Assembly: GCA_017465085.1 (NCBI GenBank)
Contig: JAFTWW010000037.1
Span: forward strand, 17,765-81,764
DNA length: 64,000 bases
Direction: 5' to 3'
Source: Clostridia bacterium
Lineage (GTDB): Bacteria; Bacillota; Clostridia; Oscillospirales; Acutalibacteraceae
Under the pieces are notes generated by a model, which had not been told where the DNA came from, ran no database searches, and was given only the letters and a program-made list of their open reading frames with translations. Shown piece by piece: positions 46,532 to 54,738 of the stretch. Position 1 is the stretch's first letter; each line of letters starts with the position of its first letter. A program made the translations under genes and the position numbers.

Positions 46532-47742
46532 ATTCTTTTCCTCCCATAGATTTCACCCATTTTTTCTATTTCTTCTTTTTTCTTCATACCGTCAACCGAG
46601 TTTTCTGCAAAAAGGTTGCAGGCTGCGGCGGCCGAAGCGAACTCAAGAAGCTGTTTATCGGTGAAATTGTTATATATTCCGTAAAGAGTGGCGGCGCAGA
46701 AGGCATCCCCTGCTCCAACGCTTCCCTTTATTTTATCTGAAGGAATATTAAGTGAGGGCACACAGGTGAAATTACCCGTTGCCACATCATAGCAAAAGCC
46801 TGCGGGCTTACAATGAATAACAATCTTTTCCTTAACACCCTTGGCGGCTATAAACTCCATCATTTTACGGATATTGTTTTTATCAAGCTCACCCTTTTCG
46901 TTGTAAGCCGAAATATCGGCAACCATACCTGCCTCAATTTCATTGATAATTGCATAATCGCAATATTTAAGGGCGGGAACAATTTTATCCTTAAAATCAG
47001 GGCGGCTTTCACTTACAACATCAATAGAGGTTTTAATTCCCCTTGCCTGAACATCGTGAAGGAAATGCGCCATAACGGTGCCGTACTCACTATCGGGCTC
47101 ATCAAAGGAATCGAGTAATAATATGTAGCCAATGTGAAGCATCTGAGTATTGATGGCATCAATATCCACATCCAAAGGTGAAAACTGCGCGTTTGCGCCG
47201 CGGGCGTGGAAGAAGGTCCGCTCACCCGAAGGCTCATTCATAACATCGGTAAAGCTTGTAGGTTTATCTGCCGATATTTTAACCTGCTCACAATCGATGC
47301 CATAACGGCTCATTTCGGAAAGCACAAATCTGCCGTATTCATCCTTACCTACTTTGCCGAGGGCGGAAATTGGCAGAGTTTTATCGATTTTAGCAAGATT
47401 GATTGCGGTATTAGGCACACATCCTCCTACCGACATCTTTATCTCTCTTATAGTAGAAAGAAGGCCAATGCTTGGATAATAATCGATATTTTTAATGATA
47501 TCGGCGAGAATATTTCCCGCAATGGTAATGCCCTTTTTATCCCCTGTCATAAGATAATCCACAGTTACTCCGAAAACGGATGCTAACAGCGGAAACTGGG
47601 TGATTTCGGGAAAGCCTAAGCCGTTTTCCCAACGGCTTACGGTTTTATTGCTGATATTGAGGCGCTCTGCTAAATCGGTTTGGGTAATGCCGCATTTTTT
47701 ACGCAAATCGGCTATTACACCGCCTATGCTTTTAGGGTCCAT
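46528..47742 (-). CDS. Fusion protein: N-terminal XRE-family HTH plus PfkB/ribokinase-family sugar kinase
   Basis: 404 aa. HTH QTDLAERLNISNKTVSRWENG. Kinase body with GAGDAF motif. ATGA overlap with the isomerase gene. Confidence 0.85.
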   Translation of the reverse strand: MDPKSIGGVIADLRKKCGITQTDLAERLNISNKTVSRWENGLGFPEITQFPLLASVFGVTVDYLMTGDKKGITIAGNILADIIKNIDYYPSIGLLSTIREIKMSVGGCVPNTAINLAKIDKTLPISALGKVGKDEYGRFVLSEMSRYGIDCEQVKISADKPTSFTDVMNEPSGERTFFHARGANAQFSPLDVDIDAINTQMLHIGYILLLDSFDEPDSEYGTVMAHFLHDVQARGIKTSIDVVSESRPDFKDKIVPALKYCDYAIINEIEAGMVADISAYNEKGELDKNNIRKMMEFIAAKGVKEKIVIHCKPAGFCYDVATGNFTCVPSLNIPSDKIKGSVGAGDAFCAATLYGIYNNFTDKQLLEFASAAAACNLFAENSVDGMKKKEEIEKMGEIYGRKRI

Positions 47743-47870
47743 ATCTTCACCGCCATAATTATTTTATATTTTAATTATATCATAAATTTGGACTTAGTAA
47801 ACCCAAAGATAGTAGATTTTTTGCAGATTTGCCCCCCTTTTACACCCAAAATATCTACGACTCGTAGACT

Positions 47871-48902
47871 TTAGAAGCATTTGCAATTTCTTTTCTTTTT
47901 ACAATTCTCAATATTTCCGCAATGGTAGCAAAGCTCGTTTTCACAACCGCCCGTATTGAAGATATCGATTATATTCTGCGCGGTTGTTTCGGCGATATTA
48001 TTGAGCGCCTCCTCGGTTAAAAAGCCCTGATGCGAGGTAACAATTACATTGGGCATTGAAATAAGACGGGCGAGTATATCATCGTTAATAATGTGGCCTG
48101 AGAAATCCTCAAAGAATACATCCGATTCCTCTTCATAAACATCAAGACAGGCCGCGCCGATTTTTCGCGATTTGATACCTTCCAGTAAAACCTCGGCATC
48201 AATAAGCGCTCCGCGTGAGGTGTTTACTATAACAACACCCTTTTTCATTTTATCCACGGTTTCGGAGTTAATCAGATGATGGGTTTCCTTTGTTAAGGGG
48301 CAATGGAGTGAAATTATATCACTTTTCTCAAGCAGATCCTCTAAGGAAACATAATTTATATCACTGCTCTTATCGGGATATTTATCATAGGCGATAACAT
48401 TCATTCCAAAGCCCCTGCATATATCTATGAAAACCCTGCCTATCTTACCAGTTCCTATAACACCTACTGTTTTTCCGTGAAGATCGAAGCCTGTAAGCCC
48501 GTGAAGACTAAAATTAAAATCTCTTGTTCGGATATACGCCTTGTGGATGCGGCGGATAGAGGTAAGCAACATAGCCATAGCGTGTTCCGCAACGGCATAG
48601 GGCGAATATGCAGGAACGTGAACCACGTGTATCTTACCGTAGGCGCTCTTAACATCAACATTGTTATAACCTGCGCAGCGAAGAGCTATAACCTTTACTC
48701 CAAGCTTATGAAGGCTTTCAATCACCTCGGCAGAGGCATTATCGTTAACAAATATGCATACGCCATCACAGCCGCTTGCCAGAGAAACGGTATCAGGGGT
48801 TAACTTTGTTTCGTAAAACTTAAAGGTTATCCCCTTTTCCTCTCCGTATTTCTGAAAAGAAATCTTATCGTATGGTTTGGTATCAAAAAAAGCAAATTTC
48901 AT
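47871..48902 (-). CDS. D-isomer-specific 2-hydroxyacid dehydrogenase (D-lactate dehydrogenase-like) with Cys-rich C-terminal tail
   Basis: 343 aa. GVIGTGKIG NAD motif and the R/E/H catalytic region. Tail is GGCENELCYHCGNIENCKKKRNCKCF. Confidence 0.88.
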   Translation of the reverse strand: MKFAFFDTKPYDKISFQKYGEEKGITFKFYETKLTPDTVSLASGCDGVCIFVNDNASAEVIESLHKLGVKVIALRCAGYNNVDVKSAYGKIHVVHVPAYSPYAVAEHAMAMLLTSIRRIHKAYIRTRDFNFSLHGLTGFDLHGKTVGVIGTGKIGRVFIDICRGFGMNVIAYDKYPDKSSDINYVSLEDLLEKSDIISLHCPLTKETHHLINSETVDKMKKGVVIVNTSRGALIDAEVLLEGIKSRKIGAACLDVYEEESDVFFEDFSGHIINDDILARLISMPNVIVTSHQGFLTEEALNNIAETTAQNIIDIFNTGGCENELCYHCGNIENCKKKRNCKCF

Positions 48903-49005
48903 AGTATTTCTCCTAGAATTTGATTGATATTGTTTTTTTACATTATACCCTAAACATAACTAAAATAAAAGATATAAAAATGATTTTCAAATATGAATTT
49001 TTATC

Positions 49006-49034
49006 TTGACAAAGCCCACCGCTTATTATATAAT
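49006..49034 (+). promoter_or_regulatory. Consensus SigA promoter of tRNA-Trp
   Basis: TTGACA (49006-49011), 17-nt spacer, TATAAT (49029-49034). Confidence 0.65.
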
Positions 49035-49052
49035 GGTCTAGCGATTTGATTT

Positions 49053-49128
49053 AGGGGTATAGCTCAGCAGGTAGAGCATCGGTCTCCAAAACCGAGTGTC
49101 GAGGGTTCGATTCCTTCTGCCCCTGCCA
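49053..49128 (+). tRNA. trnW: tRNA-Trp (anticodon CCA), CCA end encoded
   Basis: Hand-folded cloverleaf. Acceptor AGGGGTA/TGCCCCT, D arm GCTC..GAGC, anticodon stem TCGGT/ACCGA with loop CTCCAAA, T arm GAGGG-TTCGATT-CCTTC, then G-CCA. Confidence 0.93.
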
Positions 49129-49132
49129 AAAA

Positions 49133-49167
49133 GAAAGCACTGACCTTTTGGTTGGTGCTTTCTTTTT
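49133..49167 (+). terminator. Rho-independent terminator after tRNA-Trp
   Basis: GAAAGCACTGACC-tttt-GGTTGGTGCTTTC followed by TTTTT. Confidence 0.75.
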
Positions 49168-49273
49168 AGTTTCGGATAAAAAGGAGGAATCGAAACGACC
49201 TCCAAACTCTGCGAGTGATCGAGCAAAGAGTTTGGGAGAACAGTCCTGTGGACTGTTCGATAGCCGGAGAGGA

Positions 49274-49297
49274 GATTCCTTCTGCCCCTGCCAAAAA
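49274..49297 (+). repeat. 24-nt exact duplicate of the tRNA-Trp 3' end (att-like)
   Basis: GATTCCTTCTGCCCCTGCCAAAAA is identical at 49109-49132 and 49274-49297. No 5' half of a tRNA accompanies the second copy. Confidence 0.85.
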
Positions 49298-49327
49298 ATT
49301 CCTCGAACTTGTTTCGGGGAATTTTTT
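49293..49327 (+). terminator. Hairpin plus T-run after the duplicated tRNA end
   Basis: AAAAATTCC-tcgaacttgtttcg-GGGAATTTTTT. Confidence 0.4.
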
Positions 49328-49445
49328 ACTTCTTACCTATTACCTCTTCACTCCTCCCTCAAAGTTCTCGAAATTTTTGAAGTAATAAGTAAAAAGTAAG
49401 AGGTAATAAGTTTCGGTGTGCCTTGCGGCACGAATTATAAAATAT
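49325..49445. repeat. Heptad-repeat palindrome followed by a TTTCGGTGT-hairpin-AATTATAAA core (copy A)
   Basis: TTTACTT CTTACCT ATTACCT CTTCACT (49325-49352) faces GAAGTAA TAAGTAA AAAGTAA GAGGTAA (49379-49406). It is followed by TTTCGGTGTGCCTTGCGGCACGAATTATAAAAT. Confidence 0.6.
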
Positions 49446-49503
49446 GTAGCGATTTCGAACACATATCTCAAAATTCAAACGGTATCGAATTTGTACAACC
49501 ATT

Positions 49504-49540
49504 CCAAAAAGAAAGCGCCGACCTTTTGGTCGGTGCTTTT
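49504..49540. repeat. Diverged second copy (33/37) of the CCA-end plus terminator module. Also serves as terminator for the minus-strand gene ending at 49547
   Basis: CCAAAAAGAAAGCGCCGACCTTTTGGTCGGTGCTTTT compared with CCAAAAAGAAAGCACTGACCTTTTGGTTGGTGCTTTC at 49126-49162. The substitutions preserve the stem. Confidence 0.7.
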
Positions 49541-49546
49541 ATATTT

Positions 49547-50431
49547 TCAGTTATCCTTCCACAAAACCTCGCGGCTTTGTTCTTTTTCCTTTATCAGCTC
49601 CTCTATAAACAGCGAAAAGCTGAGCAGCATAAAGGGATAGATGAAAAATCCTAATCCGCAACGGAATATGTAAAGCACATCAAGCTGTGGCACCTCTTGC
49701 GCCAACAGAACGGCGGGGGCCACGCTTGCGCCGTGGCTTTCCACATTGATTGATAATATTTTGAATATCCAATAGAGCATCAGCGCGAAAAACTCCCACA
49801 GGATAAAGGATAGCTTTAACAATTCCTCTTTTATAAAAATTCTGAATTTTTTCATTATTTCAAAGGAATATAAAACCGTTTCTTTTGCGGGCGTTTCGGT
49901 TTTAGCAAAATAATAATTGCAGATGAAGAACTTATACGTTACATAAATATAGATGGCAAGTATAACTAATTTAACTATCTGATACGTATCTTCATTGGCT
50001 AAATACGGGATATACGTAGCTACCAAGCCTTTTACGCTATAAAGACTCCTTATCATACCGATAAACTGCGGAACAAGATTTATCAATATAATCTGCTTTA
50101 TGTTTGTGAGTGAGAGGAATTTGATGATGGAGTCATCAACCTTCTTGTGTTCCCCGTTTATAAGGGTGATACAAACCCTGAACATTACCGCCAAGGTAAT
50201 AGGAATAAGAACAAAGGTGGATATCAAAAACGCGGGAACTACCCAGAGGTAACCGATTGCTCCTTTAGCCAAAAATATATTATTCCACTCTCCAAAACCA
50301 AAGGCTTCGCCGAACATAAACTGCAAGGCAAGGGAAAGCATATATGCAAAGGAAGGTATAAAAAATATCTTGAATCGGCTTTTGGCTATTCCAAAGGCTT
50401 TGTTTTTAATAGGCTTGAACATCCTTAACAC
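49547..50431 (-). CDS. Polytopic membrane protein, unknown function
   Basis: 294 aa with several hydrophobic helices. AT-rich codon usage. First in a row of three tightly spaced genes. Confidence 0.6.
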   Translation of the reverse strand: MLRMFKPIKNKAFGIAKSRFKIFFIPSFAYMLSLALQFMFGEAFGFGEWNNIFLAKGAIGYLWVVPAFLISTFVLIPITLAVMFRVCITLINGEHKKVDDSIIKFLSLTNIKQIILINLVPQFIGMIRSLYSVKGLVATYIPYLANEDTYQIVKLVILAIYIYVTYKFFICNYYFAKTETPAKETVLYSFEIMKKFRIFIKEELLKLSFILWEFFALMLYWIFKILSINVESHGASVAPAVLLAQEVPQLDVLYIFRCGLGFFIYPFMLLSFSLFIEELIKEKEQSREVLWKDN

Positions 50432-50434
50432 CCT

Positions 50435-50755
50435 CTACCCTTTTTTCTTATTATCAGGAAAATTCATATTCTTTTTTTGATAGCCAATAAGATATAAATC
50501 CATACAAATCAAAATCAGATATATTCCTACTAAATTGATAATTGGATTGCTAACGAAATGCCCGATAATCGCGAAAAAAATATTAGGGATTATAAACGAA
50601 GCGAAAAAACCAGGAAGCGACCTTGAAAACAGCTTTACACTATCGGGGGACTGATGGATATTAAACAGATACAAAAATAAAACCAAAGCGTTAATAAAGG
50701 GTATAAACATAACTATACGCTGAAATTTAAGAGGAATCAATTTTCGCATATTCAT
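50435..50755 (-). CDS. Small membrane protein, unknown function
   Basis: 106 aa with about 3 TM helices. Lies 3 nt upstream of the next gene. Confidence 0.5.
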   Translation of the reverse strand: MNMRKLIPLKFQRIVMFIPFINALVLFLYLFNIHQSPDSVKLFSRSLPGFFASFIIPNIFFAIIGHFVSNPIINLVGIYLILICMDLYLIGYQKKNMNFPDNKKKG

Positions 50756-50767
50756 TTCTCCTTTAGG

Positions 50768-51043
50768 TTAGTTGTTAATAAAACACATTATTCCAAGTAC
50801 TACAAAGCCAACAAGGCACACGCCTGACATAATAACAAATACATTTTTCAAAAATTTGGTTTTTTCCCCGAAAAACGTTGATATAATTGCAAACATTACA
50901 GAGCCAGGCACTAAGCTTGTTATAAAATTAAAGAAGTGGATATCATAAACGCCTTGCTCCACTTTACCTATATTTGAAATTTGAATAGCGAAGGCGATTA
51001 TATATAATATAATACAAATGATGATTTTTAATGCTTTACTCAT
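50768..51043 (-). CDS. Small membrane protein, unknown function
   Basis: About 91 aa with 3 TM helices. Start is ATG 51043 or GTG 51052. Confidence 0.5.
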   Translation of the reverse strand: MSKALKIIICIILYIIAFAIQISNIGKVEQGVYDIHFFNFITSLVPGSVMFAIISTFFGEKTKFLKNVFVIMSGVCLVGFVVLGIMCFINN

Positions 51044-51328
51044 AACTCCCACCTGCTTTTTATACTTATAATATCACCTAAAAGGCTATTTTGTGACAAA
51101 CTTTTCAAAAATTTATTGCATTAAGATTATACCATATCCCGAAATTCTTTTCAACAAGGGTAAAATTTTTGTCACAAAAAAGCGATATAAGAGATTTTAA
51201 TAATGTTATATATTAAGTAGCAAGATATAATATAGTTCAGTAAAAGCATTGGCCAATTTGCCTTTACTCTTGCTTTAGCGGTTAATAACGGATATAATTA
51301 AATAAAGAGCTTTGGCTAAGGAGATAAT

Positions 51329-52054
51329 ATGTTAGTTAATCTTTTAAGCTTTATTGAAACCGATGAGGATAAAACCTATTTTACGGATTTATATAACAAA
51401 CACAAGGATATGATGTTTTCCATTGCCGACAATATCCTTAGTGACGATTCTTTATCCGAGGATGCAGTTAACGATGCTTTTCTTAAAATAATTGAGCACT
51501 TTGAAACTGTTAAGAATATAAACGAAGATAAGGTTATCGGCTCGACCATAATTCAGATAGCCTTTTTTATGTTTATGGTATTTTTGTATTCAAAGATACT
51601 TATTAAGCCCTCTTTAGAAATTTTACATACGATTGGCTATATTATCGCGGTATTATTGCCTTTACTTTTATCTTCGTATCAGTTTTACGGTCTTATAAGA
51701 TGCCTGATAGCCATCTCGAAGGGAAAATACAAAATAGTTACCGATAAGGTAGTGGGCAAGGATGAAAACTTTCCTTTATTCGATTTTCAGGAGATTACTT
51801 TTCATTGCCCTACCAACCTATCCATTTGTGTTCTTCGCAGGCAGTTCGCCTTTCATTTTTCCTCCTATGACCGATATTTGTTCGGAAGCGGAAGGCAAGG
51901 AAAGCATATACTGTTAAGCACACCTGCCGCCGCCCTTTTTAATTGCACAAACGAGGGCGATGAGTTTTATCTTGCGGTTATTGAAGATAAATTGATTTTG
52001 AATGTATATAGCGTAAAGCGTTATAGATTTGAAGAGCGGTACCTGGGTGCTTAA
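51329..52054 (+). CDS. Chimeric ORF: sigma-70/ECF region-2-like N-terminus fused to TM segments and an unknown C-terminal domain
   Basis: The first ~65 aa (DEDKTYFTDLYNKHKDMMFSIADNILSDDSLSEDAVNDAFLKIIEHF) look like the start of an ECF-type sigma factor. There is no region 4. Two to three TM helices follow. AAGGAG RBS. Confidence 0.5.
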   Translation: MLVNLLSFIETDEDKTYFTDLYNKHKDMMFSIADNILSDDSLSEDAVNDAFLKIIEHFETVKNINEDKVIGSTIIQIAFFMFMVFLYSKILIKPSLEILHTIGYIIAVLLPLLLSSYQFYGLIRCLIAISKGKYKIVTDKVVGKDENFPLFDFQEITFHCPTNLSICVLRRQFAFHFSSYDRYLFGSGRQGKHILLSTPAAALFNCTNEGDEFYLAVIEDKLILNVYSVKRYRFEERYLGA

Positions 52055-52124
52055 CAGGATACTTCAAAAGAACGAATCAAACCAGATCGTTTTTAGTGAA
52101 TAAGAATTAAATTTGAGGTAAAAT

Positions 52125-53051
52125 ATGATTTTAACAGTTACTGCTAATCCCACTATAGATAAGGTTTATTTTGTGGATGAGCTTAAACTCGGCGGTGTGC
52201 ACCGCCCGATAAATACCACAGCTACCGCAGGCGGCAAGGGTATAAATATTGCCCGTGTTGCTACCCTTTTAGGTGAAGAGGCTGTAGCGCTTGGATTTAT
52301 AGGCGGGAGCGCGGGAGATTTTATCCGTGAGCAGATAATAAAGCTTAATATTACCGAGGCTTTTACCAACGTTTCGGGTGAGAGCCGCACAAACTTTAAT
52401 ATTTCGGATTCCCGCGGCTTTTCCACCGAGCTTTTGGAATCGGGCCCTACCGTTACAAAAAAGGAAATTAACGCCCTTTTTGAGCAGTTTGAGGCGTATG
52501 CGGATAAATGTGATATTATCTGCGCCGCAGGTAGCTTACCAAAGGGCGCCGATAGCTCATTTTATAAGGAGCTTATACGGATGGCAAAGGCAAAGGGTAA
52601 AAGGATAATAGTTGATACAAGCGGCGCCACGCTCCTTGATATTATAGATGGCGCACCCTTTATGATAAAGCCAAACCGCGATGAACTAAGGGATATTTTA
52701 GGCTTTGAGGCAAAGGATGATGCTGATATTAAAAAAGCCTTGTTAATCCTTTACAACAAAGGAATCGCGCTACCCGTTATAACCTTGGGCGAAGATGGAG
52801 CCTACGCCTACATAGAGGATAAATTTTACCGTTTCCTCTCCCCTGCCGTTTCGGTTAAAAACGCCGTAGGCTCGGGCGATAGCTTTGTAGCGGGAGTTGC
52901 GGTTGGAATAAGCCGAGGATTTACAATACCAAAAGCAATAGCCTTAGGTATGGCGGCAGGAACTGCAAACACCCAGTTTGATGAAACAGGTTATGTTTCA
53001 AAAGAGCTTGTGGATAGGTTCCTTAAGGAAATTAAATATGAAATAGTTTAA
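52125..53051 (+). CDS. 1-phosphofructokinase/tagatose-6-phosphate kinase family (PfkB)
   Basis: 308 aa. ILTVTANPTIDK and GGKGINIARV. C-terminal GSGDSF motif. Confidence 0.85.
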   Translation: MILTVTANPTIDKVYFVDELKLGGVHRPINTTATAGGKGINIARVATLLGEEAVALGFIGGSAGDFIREQIIKLNITEAFTNVSGESRTNFNISDSRGFSTELLESGPTVTKKEINALFEQFEAYADKCDIICAAGSLPKGADSSFYKELIRMAKAKGKRIIVDTSGATLLDIIDGAPFMIKPNRDELRDILGFEAKDDADIKKALLILYNKGIALPVITLGEDGAYAYIEDKFYRFLSPAVSVKNAVGSGDSFVAGVAVGISRGFTIPKAIALGMAAGTANTQFDETGYVSKELVDRFLKEIKYEIV

Positions 53052-53150
53052 TGGGTAAAAATAATACATTCCGAAGTCAAAATATTCTATTGATTTGTTG
53101 ATTTGCTTGTGATATTATACCATATATAAAATTTCGCAAGGGAGATTTTT

Positions 53151-54692
53151 ATGAACGAAAATATTAAAAATTCCATCATCTACAATATTTATCCCACCTC
53201 TTTTTACGATAGCAACGGTGACGGAATCGGTGACCTGGTTGGAATCACTCAAAAGCTTTCTTACATAAAGGATTTTGCCGATATAGTATGGATAAATCCT
53301 ATTTTCAAATCTCCCTTCAGAGATGGTGGATACGATGTTGAGGATTATTATGCCATTGATGAGAAATTCGGCACTATGGAGGATTTAGATAATCTGATTG
53401 AAGAGGCCCACAGGTTAGGTATAAAGGTACTGCTTGATCTTGTTGTCGGTCATACCTCGGATACTCACAAGTGGTTTTTGGAGTCCTCAAAGGAAGAGAA
53501 GAATGAATATTCCGATTATTATATCTGGAACAGCAACACCTTTGATGCCTGCAATATAGCCCACATAAGCGGCAACAGCGAAAGAGACGGATGTTACGGA
53601 GTAAACTTCTTCTGCTTCCAGCCTGCTCTTAACTTCGGTTTTGCCAATCCTGACAGGCCTTGGCAAAATCACTATTTGGATGAGCCCTGCCTTAAGCTTC
53701 ACGAAGAGGTTGTAAAAATCATAAAATTCTATCTTGCAAAGGGCATTGATGGTTTCAGAGTTGACCTTGCTTCAAGCATTGTTAAGCGTGATATAAACGG
53801 AAAATACTCCTGCGAGGTATGGAGAAAGATATTCGGCAAAGTGAGAGAAGAATATCCCGAGGCTATCTTCGTTTCCGAATGGGGTCAACCTATGTATGCC
53901 GTACAAAACGGTGATTTTGATATTGACTTTTTAACCCACGGCTTTAACGATGGCTACAATCAGCTCTTCAGAAAAGAATCGGGAACAAATATTATTTCCT
54001 CTGAGGGACATAGCTTTTTTAGAAAAGACGGTCAGGGCGAAGCAGGTACATTCTTCCAATATTTCTTAGATAATCTTTTGCAGATAGCGGGCAAGGGTTA
54101 TATTTCGGTTGTTACAGGCAACCACGATCTTCCCCGTATCGCTCTTGAAAGAAATGCAGATGATTTGAAAACCGCCTATGCCCTTATACTTGCCCTGCCC
54201 AATGTTCCGCTTATTTATTACGGCGATGAGATAGGTCTTCCCTATAACCGCCTTAAAACTAAGGATGGCGGATATTCAAGAACGGGCTCCAGAACGCCTA
54301 TGCAATGGTCCGATAAGAAAAATGCGGGCTTTAGCGACACAGACGGTGAAATATATCTTCCCGTGGATAAGGATTATGAAAAGGTAAATGTTGAAGCTCA
54401 GCTAAAGGATGAAAATTCTCTTATCAACGAGGTTAAGAAATTAGTTGAAATAAAGAGAAATAATCCCGAGATTTTCGCCTGCGGTAACGAATTTGAGTTA
54501 ATTTCCGATACATATCCCTTAGTATTTAAGAGAAAAGGCGAAAATGAAGCATTTATTTGCGCTATTAACCCAAGCGAGCGCGAATATAAGGTTGATATCA
54601 AAGCCAAAGAGGTTTTTGCTTCATTTAATGCCGATATTACCGAAAACAGCGTAACCTTAAAACCCGTTTCATACATCTGGGCAAAAATATAA
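53151..54692 (+). CDS. GH13 alpha-glucosidase/oligo-1,6-glucosidase-like
   Basis: 513 aa. YPTSFYDSNGDGIGDL, DLVVGHTS, GFRVDLA and GNHD regions. Confidence 0.88.
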   Translation: MNENIKNSIIYNIYPTSFYDSNGDGIGDLVGITQKLSYIKDFADIVWINPIFKSPFRDGGYDVEDYYAIDEKFGTMEDLDNLIEEAHRLGIKVLLDLVVGHTSDTHKWFLESSKEEKNEYSDYYIWNSNTFDACNIAHISGNSERDGCYGVNFFCFQPALNFGFANPDRPWQNHYLDEPCLKLHEEVVKIIKFYLAKGIDGFRVDLASSIVKRDINGKYSCEVWRKIFGKVREEYPEAIFVSEWGQPMYAVQNGDFDIDFLTHGFNDGYNQLFRKESGTNIISSEGHSFFRKDGQGEAGTFFQYFLDNLLQIAGKGYISVVTGNHDLPRIALERNADDLKTAYALILALPNVPLIYYGDEIGLPYNRLKTKDGGYSRTGSRTPMQWSDKKNAGFSDTDGEIYLPVDKDYEKVNVEAQLKDENSLINEVKKLVEIKRNNPEIFACGNEFELISDTYPLVFKRKGENEAFICAINPSEREYKVDIKAKEVFASFNADITENSVTLKPVSYIWAKI

Positions 54693-54701
54693 AAGCAAAA
54701 G

Positions 54702-54733
54702 AATCCCGTGTTCGCGTTTGCGAACACGGGATT
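54702..54733. terminator. Bidirectional terminator between GH13 (+) and GH2 (-)
   Basis: AATCCCGTGTTCGC-gttt-GCGAACACGGGATT. Confidence 0.7.
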
Positions 54734-54738
54734 TCGAT

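Noticed and set aside
49168-49297. Possible second (unusual or long-arm) tRNA or tmRNA-like gene ending in the duplicated ...TGCCCCTGCCA.
   Set aside because: No complementary 5' acceptor strand (AGGGG..) exists. The T-loop is broken (GGAGATT instead of TTCGATT). No D or anticodon arms could be folded. Identity to tRNA-Trp starts only at the last 24 nt.
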